From an uncultured Planctomycetota bacterium (GTDB taxonomy: Bacteria; Planctomycetota; Phycisphaerae; Tepidisphaerales; Tepidisphaeraceae), in NCBI GenBank assembly GCA_963841915.1, contig CAWJEN010000006.1, positions 512,001 to 576,000 of the forward strand: 64,000 nt of DNA, read 5' to 3'. Shown piece after piece: positions 1-9,577 of the stretch (within the stretch, counting starts at the first letter, position 1; every line of letters starts with the position of its first letter). The translations under genes and the position numbers were made by a program. A model generated the notes under the pieces. That model had not been told where the DNA came from. It worked only from the letters and a program-made list of their open reading frames with translations, and searched no databases.

Positions 1-52
1 GGGGGCGGAGTTGGGTCGTGTCGAGGGTCGCGTCGCAGACGTCGCTGGCCAT
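1..52 (-). CDS. Possible 5' end of a CDS running off the window edge (MASDVCDATLDTTQLRP...); product unknown
   Basis: ATG at 52-50 preceded by AT-rich TAATTAT; frame open to the edge; only 17 codons visible. Confidence 0.35.
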   Translation of the reverse strand, partial: MASDVCDATLDTTQLRP

Positions 53-1014
53 ATAATTAGTCGTCCTGCCGAATCTCGAGCGGTCGGGTGGCGACGCGTC
101 CGGTGCGTCACCACCGCCGCATTCGAGCCGGCGTGGGGGTGCTGGTAGTAGCCGATGCGTCGCACGATGCCATTCCCGGGCATCATGTCGCCTCTGCCTG
201 ATCCTTGGCAGGGCGTACCGATCGCCGACCGCTCTGATCAGCGGCTGGCAAGCGTCGTCGGATCGGCTTCGGACAAGCTCACGTCGCAGGCTCGCGGATG
301 AACCGCGTGCGCAGGGCGTTTGCTTGTCCTCGCCTCCGCGGCTCCGGGCTCAGTCACAGGTACGTCGCAGCAGCCGGTCTGATCCTCCGGCGGCGTCGGT
401 GCATGTGGCGGCCAGTGGGGCCTGACGGAACGGGCATCATGCCTCGCGGCCGCGACCGACGGGCGTCGAAGGCAGGGCGTCTGATCACGCCAGGCATCGT
501 CGTCGTCGGGGGCCGGAACGGTCCTTGTCCAGACGAACGATCGGATGATCGTGCCGCCCTTTGTGGGGCCAGATTAGACACCGCCGATCGCCGGAGCAAC
601 GCCGACGAAGTGCCGATCACCTCTCGTGTCACCGACGCGCGCCGTCGAGGGTGTGCGGCATAAGCGCTTGCGCGCTGCTAACAAAAACAATCAACCAGAT
701 TCTGCACAACCGGCACACGTTCGAACGGCAAGCTGTCGTTAACGGACGTGCCATGTTCGAACAACGCCACTTCGTGCACGCCACGCCCTTGCTCACACTC
801 GTCGCCATCGCCGCGACCAAGAAGTATGTGCGACGCTTTTGGCCCAATCTTCCCAGGCTATGGGTCAATAGCGACAGCTCATGCGTACAGCCGAAGTCTC
901 TGCGACCTCTGTGTCAAGAGGTGCGCGTCGATGCCCACCGCGTCACGCCTTTCGGCACTTTTTCGTCACGAGCGCGCGCCGTCTGTTGTTGAAAACAGGT
1001 CGCGCCGGTGGCCA

Positions 1015-2004
1015 CTACATCGACCGCAAGTCTCGGATGAGCGCGCGACGCCGCTCGGTCTCGTGCAGCCCACGCTTGCGGTACAGCTGCAGGCCCGGCT
1101 CGTTGCGACCGTCGACAGCCAGGGCGAGCAGGTTCGTTGCCGATCGGGCGGCGCGGGCTTCGGCGTGGTCGAGCAGCAAGCTACCCAGACCCTTGCCGCG
1201 GGCGTCGGGTGAGATGCCGAGGTAGACGAGTTCCACACCGGCCGAGCCGTCCAGGCCGAGCCCACACAGGAGCAGCAACCCTTGCGGCGATCCGGTGTCG
1301 TCGACAAGCAGGTGCCAGTCGGTCGGGTCGAACACGCCAGCGGCACGGTGACCCTCGATGACGTCGTCGATTGTCCGCAGCTCTGCCAGCTCCGGGCAGT
1401 CGAGGCTGCCGATGTAGCTGTCCAACGCTGCCTTCTCGAACATCGGGCGACGATCTTCGCTGTAGTTCAGCAGTCGATAACCGTCGGGCAGCGGCCGAAC
1501 CGTGGTTTCGCCGTCAACGAGCTTGTGCAGATAATGAAGCTCTGCCAGGTCGCTGAAGCTGTTGGCGGTGACCAGCTGGTCACCGACCTCCGCCGCATCG
1601 CGGGGCAGCAAGATTTGGGCGAGCGTCGCCCCGGCGTCGCGTGCTGCCCGGCAGGCCGCCTCGACACAGCGGACGGCTAGTCGCCGAGCCTCAGGTTGGG
1701 TCGGCAGGCGGTCGGGCGTCAAAATCATCGCCGTCCGGCCGGCACCGATGGAGGCGACGGCACTGAAAAGCGGCTCATCTTTGGCACTCTTGACAACACT
1801 GAACGTCCCGGCCAGCGTCGATTCGCGGGCGGCCAGGAAGTCCGTCAACGCCGAGACGGCCGACATGGCGGCCGGTTGTCCGTCGGACCCCAGCGAAAGG
1901 GCAATGGCTTGAACGAGGGCGTGGCCCGTCGGTTCGATCACGTGCACGTCAGTGGGCTGAACTTCAGAGCGGCTAGGCCGCTGCGGCCTCTCGGTGAGGG
2001 GCAT
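1015..2004 (-). CDS. GNAT family N-acetyltransferase (two-domain, mycothiol-synthase-like layout)
   Basis: C-terminal acetyl-CoA motif YLGISPDARGKGLGSLLL and N-EPGLQLYRKRG; start moved to ATG 2004 because the ORF-track extension runs through the intergenic region into the divergent gene. Confidence 0.8.
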   Translation of the reverse strand: MPLTERPQRPSRSEVQPTDVHVIEPTGHALVQAIALSLGSDGQPAAMSAVSALTDFLAARESTLAGTFSVVKSAKDEPLFSAVASIGAGRTAMILTPDRLPTQPEARRLAVRCVEAACRAARDAGATLAQILLPRDAAEVGDQLVTANSFSDLAELHYLHKLVDGETTVRPLPDGYRLLNYSEDRRPMFEKAALDSYIGSLDCPELAELRTIDDVIEGHRAAGVFDPTDWHLLVDDTGSPQGLLLLCGLGLDGSAGVELVYLGISPDARGKGLGSLLLDHAEARAARSATNLLALAVDGRNEPGLQLYRKRGLHETERRRALIRDLRSM

Positions 2005-2377
2005 CGGCACGACAGGCGACGGTACGGCCGCTATATCGAATGACGCATCATTCACATTTGAGAACGTGCTTCTTCCGCCCAAAGCCCTTGCTCTGAATCG
2101 TCGCGGAGGTTGTAGCAGCGTCGGTGGCATCGCAGGTCGGGGTTCCTGTAACGTTGTCGGCGAGGCGGTGGGCGTGAAAGTCGTGAGCGATCTGGGTATA
2201 AAGAGGGGCCAGCCGCATACGCTGAACACCCACAGCCCCGGTCGCCTCACCGAATCGTCGGCTCTACCCGACACATCGACCGGCACCGCCACCAACTCAA
2301 CGTCGCCAACGGGTTTTTGAACCTGCCTCCCCCAAATGAGGCCCGAACCAGCTAGCGACCAACCGACACCGCCTCCG

Positions 2378-3076
2378 ATGAGCAGCCTTTTAGCGTCCAC
2401 CCGCGCCGTCTCGACTCCCGCGATTTGCCGCCTGATCAGCCGTCTCGGCCTTGCCGCGATCGTCGGTCTCGGCGGATTGGCCCTGACGTCGGCTGAAGTG
2501 TCGGCCGACTATCCAGAGCCGTCGCTTGCCCCCAAGGCCTGGGAATTTGACTTCACCTGGCGTAAGCCACAGCGCGTTGTGCTCGAAGAGCCCGACGGCG
2601 AGCGGCGGGCGTACTGGTACATGCCTTACACCGTCGTCAATGACACCGAGCAGGAACGCTTCTTCCTGCCCGACATCGTCATGGTCACGCAGACGGGCGA
2701 GCTTCTGGCGGCGGACAACAACATCCCGGCCGGAGCCTTCAATGCCATCAAGAACCGAACGCCCAGCCTGCCGATCGTGCAGCCGCGTGAAGTGTCGGGT
2801 CGACTGCTCATCGGCGAAGACCGCGCCCGCAGCAGCGTCGCCATCTGGCGTGAGCCCATGACCGAGATGGGCACGTTCCAAATCTTCGTCGGCGGGCTCA
2901 GCGGTGAGATCCAACGGCTCCAGGACCGCAACAACAAGGACCTGCTTGATGGCGACGGCAATCCGATTCTGGTCCGCAAGACCAAGCACCTCGTCTTCCG
3001 CGTCAGCGGCGATGATGTCGACACGGGTGAGTCCGACAACGTGCAGGTCGAGCGTGACCGCTGGGTGATGCGGTAA
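2378..3076 (+). CDS. Conserved hypothetical exported protein
   Basis: Hydrophobic signal (LGLAAIVGLGGLALTSAEVSA), then globular domain with YWYMPYTVVN; GC3-rich codon usage; start uncertain. Confidence 0.7.
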   Translation: MSSLLASTRAVSTPAICRLISRLGLAAIVGLGGLALTSAEVSADYPEPSLAPKAWEFDFTWRKPQRVVLEEPDGERRAYWYMPYTVVNDTEQERFFLPDIVMVTQTGELLAADNNIPAGAFNAIKNRTPSLPIVQPREVSGRLLIGEDRARSSVAIWREPMTEMGTFQIFVGGLSGEIQRLQDRNNKDLLDGDGNPILVRKTKHLVFRVSGDDVDTGESDNVQVERDRWVMR

Positions 3077-3160
3077 GGCATTTGCGTCTCCCACCCGTCG
3101 GCCTCTAGCTGCCTACACTGGCGGCCCGCTCGAAAGAGCACTGAACCAAAGGATCAAGAC

Positions 3161-3412
3161 ATGGCACATAAAAAGGGCCAAGGCTCCAGTAAGAATGGTC
3201 GCGACAGCAATCCGCAGTACCTAGGCATCAAGGCCTACGGCGGCGAGAGCGTCAAGGCCGGTAGCATCATCGTTCGCCAACGCGGCACGAAGTTCACCCC
3301 CGGCTTGAACACGAAGCTCGGCAAAGACGACACGATTTTTGCCCTCTCACCGGGCAAGGTTGAGTTCCAAGGTCGCAAGATCCACGTTCGCGAGTTCGAA
3401 GCTGTCGCCTGA
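3161..3412 (+). CDS. rpmA: 50S ribosomal protein L27
   Basis: [24 protein letters not shown]...[11 protein letters not shown]. Confidence 0.98.
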   Translation: MAHKKGQGSSKNGRDSNPQYLGIKAYGGESVKAGSIIVRQRGTKFTPGLNTKLGKDDTIFALSPGKVEFQGRKIHVREFEAVA

Positions 3413-3440
3413 GCGACGCGTCATCGTGATCGACAAGCTT

Positions 3441-3466
3441 GACGCCGCGACATCCTTCGCGGCGTT
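3441..3466. terminator. Hairpin between convergent rpmA and lipoprotein genes
   Basis: GACGCCGCGA-catcct-TCGCGGCGTT; weak U tail. Confidence 0.4.
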
Positions 3467-3562
3467 GTCTGCTGCGCGGTCGGTATGGAGTGTGTTGCGG
3501 TACGATGTCTTTCTGATCATTTACCGACTGCGGCCCGTAGAGCCGCAGCTACCACCGGCTTG

Positions 3563-4075
3563 TTACGGAGTCGGCTGGGTTTGGGCGGCTTGCTTTGTCG
3601 GATCAGCCTCCGCTTGCTCGGCGGTGGTCTCATCAGGGGCTGCCGGTGCGTCTGGTTCGTCAGGTTCCGGAGCGGTGGGGTTGTCGTAGGCGAAGAGCTG
3701 CGTGTCTTCGACCAGCTCGTAGCCCCGAGCGATCTGCTCGATGCGCGGCCGCTTGACGATGGACGGCTTGTCCAGACGGTCGATCACGACGGTCGGCCCG
3801 TTCGGGTCGATGTTGATGAAAACTCGCTCACCGGTGCGGCCGATGAACTCGAAGAAGCGCAGACCTGTGTCGGCCACGGGATACTCGGGCGTGATGTCGA
3901 AGAGCTGCTTGGCAGCGAGCGTCTCGAACAAATACGTGCCGTCTGTTCGCAGCGATTCGAAGTAACCGCGGAATGGCTCGATCGGTGGTGGCTCGGCAGG
4001 GGGCGTCGAGCCGCACCCGCTCATCAGCAGGGCAAGAAGCAGGCCGGCTGTCGAGGCAATACGCGTCACAGACAA
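3563..4075 (-). CDS. Hypothetical lipoprotein
   Basis: Lipobox-like LLMSGC after hydrophobic stretch; acidic Pro-rich C-terminal tail. Confidence 0.7.
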   Translation of the reverse strand: MSVTRIASTAGLLLALLMSGCGSTPPAEPPPIEPFRGYFESLRTDGTYLFETLAAKQLFDITPEYPVADTGLRFFEFIGRTGERVFINIDPNGPTVVIDRLDKPSIVKRPRIEQIARGYELVEDTQLFAYDNPTAPEPDEPDAPAAPDETTAEQAEADPTKQAAQTQPTP

Positions 4076-4091
4076 ACGTAGCGCGGGCCGA

Positions 4092-4376
4092 TCAGACGGT
4101 CTGGGTCAGTTCGAGCGACACGATGGACAATGGATCGAAATGGATGATCTGCTCGAAGCGATCATCGGCCAGCCGCCCGACGCCGATGGCGACGATCCAA
4201 CCTTCCTCGACGACGACTTCCTCCACACTGGTGCCGTCAGCCATGTGAGCAGTAACGACGGCCGTGTACTTACGCCGCGGCACGCCATGTTCGACAAGCC
4301 ACTGCCGCCATCGCTCGGGCAGCGGCTTTGCCAGACGGTTGCGGGCGGGCGTACGGCTTGGACGGTCAGTCGGCAC
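4092..4376 (-). CDS. Hypothetical protein (94 aa)
   Basis: Overlaps the gmhB stop; plausible globular sequence. Confidence 0.6.
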   Translation of the reverse strand: MPTDRPSRTPARNRLAKPLPERWRQWLVEHGVPRRKYTAVVTAHMADGTSVEEVVVEEGWIVAIGVGRLADDRFEQIIHFDPLSIVSLELTQTV

Positions 4377-4923
4377 GAAGAATGGTCTCCGTCACCGCCG
4401 CAAGCGATGCCGCTCGCTGTGTCGGCGGAACCCGCAGGTCCGCGTCGGCAGCAGGGCTCCGCGCCAGCCCAGGTACGTCGAGCAGAATCGTTCGGCACCC
4501 GGCTGCGGCACCGGCTTCAACGTCCCGCGGTGCATCACCCACGAGCCAAGATTGAGACAACTCGACCTCCAACGCCGCCGCCGCCTGGAAAAACATGCCA
4601 GGCTTGGGTTTTCGGCAGTCGCAGTCTCCCGTCAACTCCGGATGGTGCGGACAAAACAGATGTAAATCGATGCTTGCTGCGGGATTGTCGTTCAACAGCA
4701 GTTCGTCCATGCGGGCGTCGACCCGCGCCACGTCGCCAATGGTGAACTTGCCCCGGGCGACGCCGCTTTGGTTGCTGACGGTGACGATGAGCCAGCCGGC
4801 CCGCCGCAGGTCGGCCAAACATGCAGCCGCACCGTCCATCAGCACGACCCCTTCCGGATCACCCAGGTAGTCGTCGGCAACGATGAGCGTGTTGTCCCTG
4901 TCGAAGAAGACGGCCTTGGTCAT
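4366..4923 (-). CDS. gmhB: D-glycero-D-manno-heptose-1,7-bisphosphate phosphatase / HAD-IIIA phosphatase
   Basis: FFDRDNTL, SNQSGVARG, CPHHP...CDCRKPKPGM, VGD motifs. Confidence 0.88.
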   Translation of the reverse strand: MTKAVFFDRDNTLIVADDYLGDPEGVVLMDGAAACLADLRRAGWLIVTVSNQSGVARGKFTIGDVARVDARMDELLLNDNPAASIDLHLFCPHHPELTGDCDCRKPKPGMFFQAAAALEVELSQSWLVGDAPRDVEAGAAAGCRTILLDVPGLARSPAADADLRVPPTQRAASLAAVTETILRAD

Positions 4924-5729
4924 AGCAGTTCTCCAGAGTGGTGAACCTGGACGAACTCTTTGGTTTCGTGGCAGATCGCTGTGAGCCTGCCGCGGGACAT
5001 GAACGCGCCGGTGTCAACGAGCGTGAGCGAATTGCCTTGAACGACTTCACCGACGTTCTCGATGAGCGCGGGCAGATAGTTGTCGGTCGGCGTGTGGCCG
5101 CTGTAGCTGTGTCGTTGCCAGACCTTGGCCGACCGCACCTGATTGGGCGTGTAGCGGCCCCAGATGACTTCGTGCCGAAGGTGAGCCTCACGGATGAGGA
5201 AGCTCGGGTCGTCCGGATAGTCAAGCGGCCACGAGGCGTGGACGACGAACAGATCTTCGTCGCCCTCGAAAGGCGTCAGGTCGCGGAAAAAGCGGCGGTG
5301 ATCTGCCGGTACGCGGTCGACAAGCTCTTGCAGCCAGTGTCCGAAGTCGGCGGCAGAAAGATTGTGGGGAAACTGCACGTCTCCGCCGTAGCTCGCCAGG
5401 GATTGCGGCAGGCCTTCGCCCCAGAAGATGCGGGCGGCTTCGTGGGCGTCGGCCTCGCTGGCCGGTCCACCGAGCATGGGACCGCCGGCGTAGCTGTGCC
5501 GATTGATGACGGTATCGAAGATGTCGTCGTGGTTGCCACGGACACAGGTGGCGACGCCTTCGTCCATGAGCTCCAGTAGCAAATCGACGACGCCGCGCGT
5601 GTCGGGGCCGCGGTCGCAATAGTCACCGGTGAAGTAGAACCGGGCGTCGCTGTCGCGAGCGCGCACCTCGCGAAGCAGCCCGCTGAGGGGCCGACTCATG
5701 CCGTGAATGTCGCCGACGATCCAACGCAC
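4920..5729 (-). CDS. Metallophosphoesterase (PphA/ApaH-like, calcineurin-like fold)
   Basis: GDIHG, GDYCDRG, RGNHD, GHTP, VDTG motifs; 4-bp overlap with gmhB. Confidence 0.88.
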   Translation of the reverse strand: MRWIVGDIHGMSRPLSGLLREVRARDSDARFYFTGDYCDRGPDTRGVVDLLLELMDEGVATCVRGNHDDIFDTVINRHSYAGGPMLGGPASEADAHEAARIFWGEGLPQSLASYGGDVQFPHNLSAADFGHWLQELVDRVPADHRRFFRDLTPFEGDEDLFVVHASWPLDYPDDPSFLIREAHLRHEVIWGRYTPNQVRSAKVWQRHSYSGHTPTDNYLPALIENVGEVVQGNSLTLVDTGAFMSRGRLTAICHETKEFVQVHHSGELL

Positions 5730-5816
5730 AGGGGCACAGCCTACGACGGCCCATGCCCCGCGGCAGGGGGAGCAGTGAAGTAGATGCCCTGCGCGTGCCG
5801 CCCATAACGCGAGGTC

Positions 5817-6437
5817 TTAGGCCGTGTGCCGATCAAGCAGGTCGCGCAGGCGACGCAGGGCTTCGCCGCGATGACTGATGGCGGCCTTAGCGGTCGGCGA
5901 CAGCTCGGCCGTCGTCTTGCCGATCGACTCGATGAGGAACAGCGGGTCGTAGCCGAACCCGCCCTCGCCCCGTGGTTCCCGCAGAATTGTGCCGTCGACG
6001 TGACCCTCGGCGGTGAGCTTGATGCGGCCGTCGGCGTCGCTCCAGGCCAGCACGCAGACGAATCGCGCCGCCCGGCGATCGTCGGGCACCTTCGTCAGAC
6101 GGCGAAGCAGGTATGCGTTGTTGTCCGCGTCGCCTTCACCGACGCCGGCCATGGCGGCGAATCGGGCCGAGTAGACACCCGGACTGCCGCCCAACGCCTC
6201 GACGCTCAGACCGCTGTCGTCAGCAAGCACCTCGCAACCGAACTTCTTGGCGTACAGCGACGCCTTCAGGCAGGCGTTGTCGCGAAACGTGCGACCGGTC
6301 TCATCAGGCTCGAATCCGTCATCGTCGACATCGGCCAGTGAACGCACCGTCACATCCGTAAGACCCTCGGCCAAAGCGGCGAGTTCGCGAGCTTTGCCCT
6401 TGTTTCTCGTGGCAATCAACAGGTCGTGACGCTTCAT
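5817..6437 (-). CDS. rdgB: Non-canonical purine NTP pyrophosphatase (RdgB/HAM1)
   Basis: ATRNKGK, ADDSGL, PGVYSARFA, GFGYDPLF, KAAISHRG. Confidence 0.95.
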   Translation of the reverse strand: MKRHDLLIATRNKGKARELAALAEGLTDVTVRSLADVDDDGFEPDETGRTFRDNACLKASLYAKKFGCEVLADDSGLSVEALGGSPGVYSARFAAMAGVGEGDADNNAYLLRRLTKVPDDRRAARFVCVLAWSDADGRIKLTAEGHVDGTILREPRGEGGFGYDPLFLIESIGKTTAELSPTAKAAISHRGEALRRLRDLLDRHTA

Positions 6438-6455
6438 CGACGACGAGCCTACGAG

Positions 6456-7508
6456 CTACAATCCCGCCGGACGGATGAGCGTCTTGCCTATGTCGACCGC
6501 ACGCGGAGCTTCAATCGGCGCTTCGTCCTTGGCGACTTCGCGGCCGAGCGATTCAGGTACGTTGACCAGCAACGGCTCTTCGCTCTCCTGGTAGCCGTCG
6601 ACGTCGTAGTCGTATCGTCGCATGGTGGCCATGAGCGTCGGGTCGTTGATCTCGAGCTGCACCTCGAAAGTAGCTGCCCGGCGGCCTGCCTTGTCGGTGA
6701 GGTTGCGGAGGCGATCGGGCAGCTTGCCCGAGCTGACAACGATCGGACGGGGATTGACCGGGTCGACAGACGACTCCAGCGCGTCTCTGGAGTTCACACC
6801 ACGCTTGATGGCCGACTCTGGCCAGGCTCCGATCGTGACATAGCTGAAGTTGCCTTTGTGCAGAAAGTACGCGTCGATGCCTTGCTTGCGTGCGGCTGCG
6901 ACGCTCTCGACTGCGGCCTGCTTGCGTTGTGCCGGGTCGGTGTAGACGGCGATGGCCACGGTCCAGAAGGCGTCGCTGTTCCGCAGGTCATACACAGTCG
7001 GGGCGACCGGATCGGGCTGCTCGAGCGGCACGAAGATCGCTCTGCCGAACGCCTTGATCGGCACGCCGTTGAGGCCAGCCGTCTCCATCGACTCGATGAC
7101 GGCCTTGGCCCTTTGGGCCCGCTCGCCTTCCCGCTTATCGTCTCGGACGTCGATCGTTTCGTAGAAGCCGTGGTACAGCACGCTGCGGTTCTCGCCGTGG
7201 ACGATGTAGAAGCTGGAGTCGAATGATGCCACCTCACCGGCGGCTTGTTCGGCAAACAACTTGGCCTGCTTGGCGTCGCTGGCGTGACTCGGGCCGGTGA
7301 AGTCCCGACACAAGATGGTCATTGTTGCGTTCTTCGGAATCGACACGTTCGGCACGCCACGGTCGGCACCGACGCCTTGCCGACCGGCCGAAATGTTGTC
7401 GCTTCGGGCGAGAGTCGGCGTGACGGTGGCGTTGCCGGTCTGACCCGATGGGCCGGCGCATCCGACACAGCACGTCAAGGCAACGCCGACCAGCAAAGAG
7501 TTCCGCAT
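6456..7508 (-). CDS. Hypothetical lipoprotein
   Basis: MRNSLLVGVALTCCVGC signal/lipobox; start trimmed to ATG 7508. Confidence 0.7.
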   Translation of the reverse strand: MRNSLLVGVALTCCVGCAGPSGQTGNATVTPTLARSDNISAGRQGVGADRGVPNVSIPKNATMTILCRDFTGPSHASDAKQAKLFAEQAAGEVASFDSSFYIVHGENRSVLYHGFYETIDVRDDKREGERAQRAKAVIESMETAGLNGVPIKAFGRAIFVPLEQPDPVAPTVYDLRNSDAFWTVAIAVYTDPAQRKQAAVESVAAARKQGIDAYFLHKGNFSYVTIGAWPESAIKRGVNSRDALESSVDPVNPRPIVVSSGKLPDRLRNLTDKAGRRAATFEVQLEINDPTLMATMRRYDYDVDGYQESEEPLLVNVPESLGREVAKDEAPIEAPRAVDIGKTLIRPAGL

Positions 7509-7531
7509 GTCCGGATGGTACGGCCGACGAC

Positions 7532-8134
7532 TCAACCCAGCAGTAGGACGGCTGCGCTGATGACGGTCGTCCACTGGCCGTTGCCCGCGCCCGGGGCGAC
7601 TTGGCAGTAGCTGACCGTCTTGATGATCTCGTTGCTCATTGCGTATTGCTGTTCGCGCTCGTCCCAAGCCTTGTCAGGGTCGAACGCAACACCCAGCGTC
7701 GTGGCGAGCATGGTGGCGGCAAGGTCTTCGACGAGGTCCTCGGTTGATTCCTTCGTCATGCCATAGCCGTGGTGCTCGGCGATGTAGCCGTGCTCGTGAT
7801 CCCGCGGGATGGCCAGACCGATGCCGGCGCAGGTGAGGCGGTTCTCCTCATTCGTCGCGCTTTCGGCCAGCACGACAAACGTGACCTGCCCGGCCTTGAG
7901 CTGGGGCAGGCCGATCTCCTTGTCGACGATCTCGCAGCTCGTCGGGTAGATGCTGGAGACCTTGACGAGGTTCTGCTTCTGGATGCCTGCGTCCCGCAGG
8001 GCCAACTCGAAGCTCATGAGCTTTTCCCGGTGCACGCCCGTGCCTTGGGTAAAGAACATCTGCTTCGGAACGTAGTGGGTGCTGGTGTCGATCAACGTGC
8101 GGGCAGCGTAGGAGCAGGCGGTGGCAAGTGTCAC
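7532..8134 (-). CDS. pdaD: Pyruvoyl-dependent arginine decarboxylase
   Basis: SFELALRDAGI, NLVKVSSI (Ser-Ser autocleavage site), GYIAEHH, AATMLATTLG; start uncertain. Confidence 0.9.
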   Translation of the reverse strand: MTLATACSYAARTLIDTSTHYVPKQMFFTQGTGVHREKLMSFELALRDAGIQKQNLVKVSSIYPTSCEIVDKEIGLPQLKAGQVTFVVLAESATNEENRLTCAGIGLAIPRDHEHGYIAEHHGYGMTKESTEDLVEDLAATMLATTLGVAFDPDKAWDEREQQYAMSNEIIKTVSYCQVAPGAGNGQWTTVISAAVLLLG

Positions 8135-8158
8135 GCCTCAAAAGGCGGGCGTCCTGCG

Positions 8159-8578
8159 TCAAAGCGTGCCGCGAAAATCCGGGGGCAACAGGACGACCGG
8201 AATCTTCGTTTCCCGCAGCAGCTCGACGGGCACGTTGCCGGCGATGAGTCGCTGGAACACACCCTTGTTCGTCAGGCCTAGCAGGATGAGCGTCGCTTCC
8301 CGCTCGCTGGCGGTCGAAAGGATGGCCTGTGCGACATCGTCGCTAAACATGAGCAGCGTCTGGACGCTGACGCCTTTGCTGCGGATTTTGTCGCCGAGCG
8401 TGCGGACCGCCTGCTCGCCGCGGTCGCCACCCTGATTGACGGGCGTGGCGGTGCCGGTTGGACGGGTGACGTGAACGACCAGCACCTCGGCATCGAGACG
8501 TTTGGCCAGGTCGGCCACGGGCACCACGACCCGCTCGCTCGCCTCGGGACTACTGACGGCGACGAGAATCCGGCTCAT
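8159..8578 (-). CDS. Universal stress protein (UspA family)
   Basis: MSRILVAV, LIILG, GNVPVELLRETKIPVVLLP. Confidence 0.85.
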   Translation of the reverse strand: MSRILVAVSSPEASERVVVPVADLAKRLDAEVLVVHVTRPTGTATPVNQGGDRGEQAVRTLGDKIRSKGVSVQTLLMFSDDVAQAILSTASEREATLILLGLTNKGVFQRLIAGNVPVELLRETKIPVVLLPPDFRGTL

Positions 8579-8654
8579 GCCGACAGTCTCACCACGCAAA
8601 CACAAGTGTCAAACATCAGCCGACGATCTGAGCAATTCATGCGCCTGTGTCGGT

Positions 8655-9329
8655 TCATGCGCCTGTGTCGCTTTTGAGATAAACCAGACGATCGTGAATG
8701 GCGTCGACTGGTTTGCGGTCGTAGACAAAGTCGTCGAGCTTGGCCGTGCCGGTCGTCCCCTCAACGTCGTAGACGATGCGACTGATGCCTTTACGATCCC
8801 AGTTCCCGTCGTCAATCTCTGTGATGTTGCCGGGCGAGACAGCAGGATGGCCCGGCATCTCCAGGACGTCGTTCTCGTCGAGGTAAATGCGGCCACGGCT
8901 GATGTAGAGCCAGCGGACCAGCAGCACGAGTCCCAGAGGCGGAAGCAGCATGCCAAGCCCACGCTGCAGCATGATGTCGGTGTCACTGTGCGGCTCGAGG
9001 CCTTCGTCCTGGATCCGCTCCTGCGCAGCCACCCGCGTGGCTTCGTCGCCGACCATGTCGGCTTCTTCAGCCTGCTGCGTCAGTTCCTCGAACAGCCGAT
9101 TCTCCTCCGGGTACTTCACGAAGCCGTCGTAGAGGAACCAGCAACCCATGCCGATGAGCGCCAACGTGATGACGTAGCGCACATTGCGGTAGTAGCTACC
9201 GGCCTTGGCCTCGTGCGGGCCGGCCGGTGGGACGATGGGCGACGGTGCAACACCTGGATCCCCTTCACGCGGCTCGCGCGGTTCGGGCTGCGGGTCGGTG
9301 GGCGTCTCTTGCGGGTCGAAGGCGGTCAT
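8655..9329 (-). CDS. Hypothetical membrane protein (2 TM)
   Basis: Two hydrophobic segments; WFLYDGFVKYP, WDRKGI, LDDFVY. Confidence 0.7.
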   Translation of the reverse strand: MTAFDPQETPTDPQPEPREPREGDPGVAPSPIVPPAGPHEAKAGSYYRNVRYVITLALIGMGCWFLYDGFVKYPEENRLFEELTQQAEEADMVGDEATRVAAQERIQDEGLEPHSDTDIMLQRGLGMLLPPLGLVLLVRWLYISRGRIYLDENDVLEMPGHPAVSPGNITEIDDGNWDRKGISRIVYDVEGTTGTAKLDDFVYDRKPVDAIHDRLVYLKSDTGA

Positions 9330-9526
9330 AATGAGGGTCGCGGGTCGGTTGTGGAGACGGCGGCAACGGCGCGTGCGGCACGGGCGGCGGCGGCGTGTCG
9401 GCGGGCGAGCCGCGGGCGATCACGCTCGGCGTGTGCCTTGGATCGGCCCGACAGCTCCGCCGCTAACGCCGACGCCTTATCGGCTAGTCGCTTCAAGAGC
9501 TCTCTGCCGGTGGGCTCGCCTTCCAC
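9326..9526 (-). CDS. Possible small helical hypothetical protein
   Basis: 66-aa ORF with 4-bp overlap to the downstream gene start; no motif. Confidence 0.35.
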   Translation of the reverse strand: MEGEPTGRELLKRLADKASALAAELSGRSKAHAERDRPRLARRHAAAARAARAVAAVSTTDPRPSL

Positions 9527-9577
9527 AACCGCAGTCTAATTGACTCAAACGCCCGCGGCCACCGCTATCGTCACACC

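Noticed and set aside
298..992. Short ORFs in the left intergenic region (298..663+, 354..632-, 561..992+, 629..868-)
   Set aside because: Mutually overlapping, Arg-rich or compositionally atypical, no motifs
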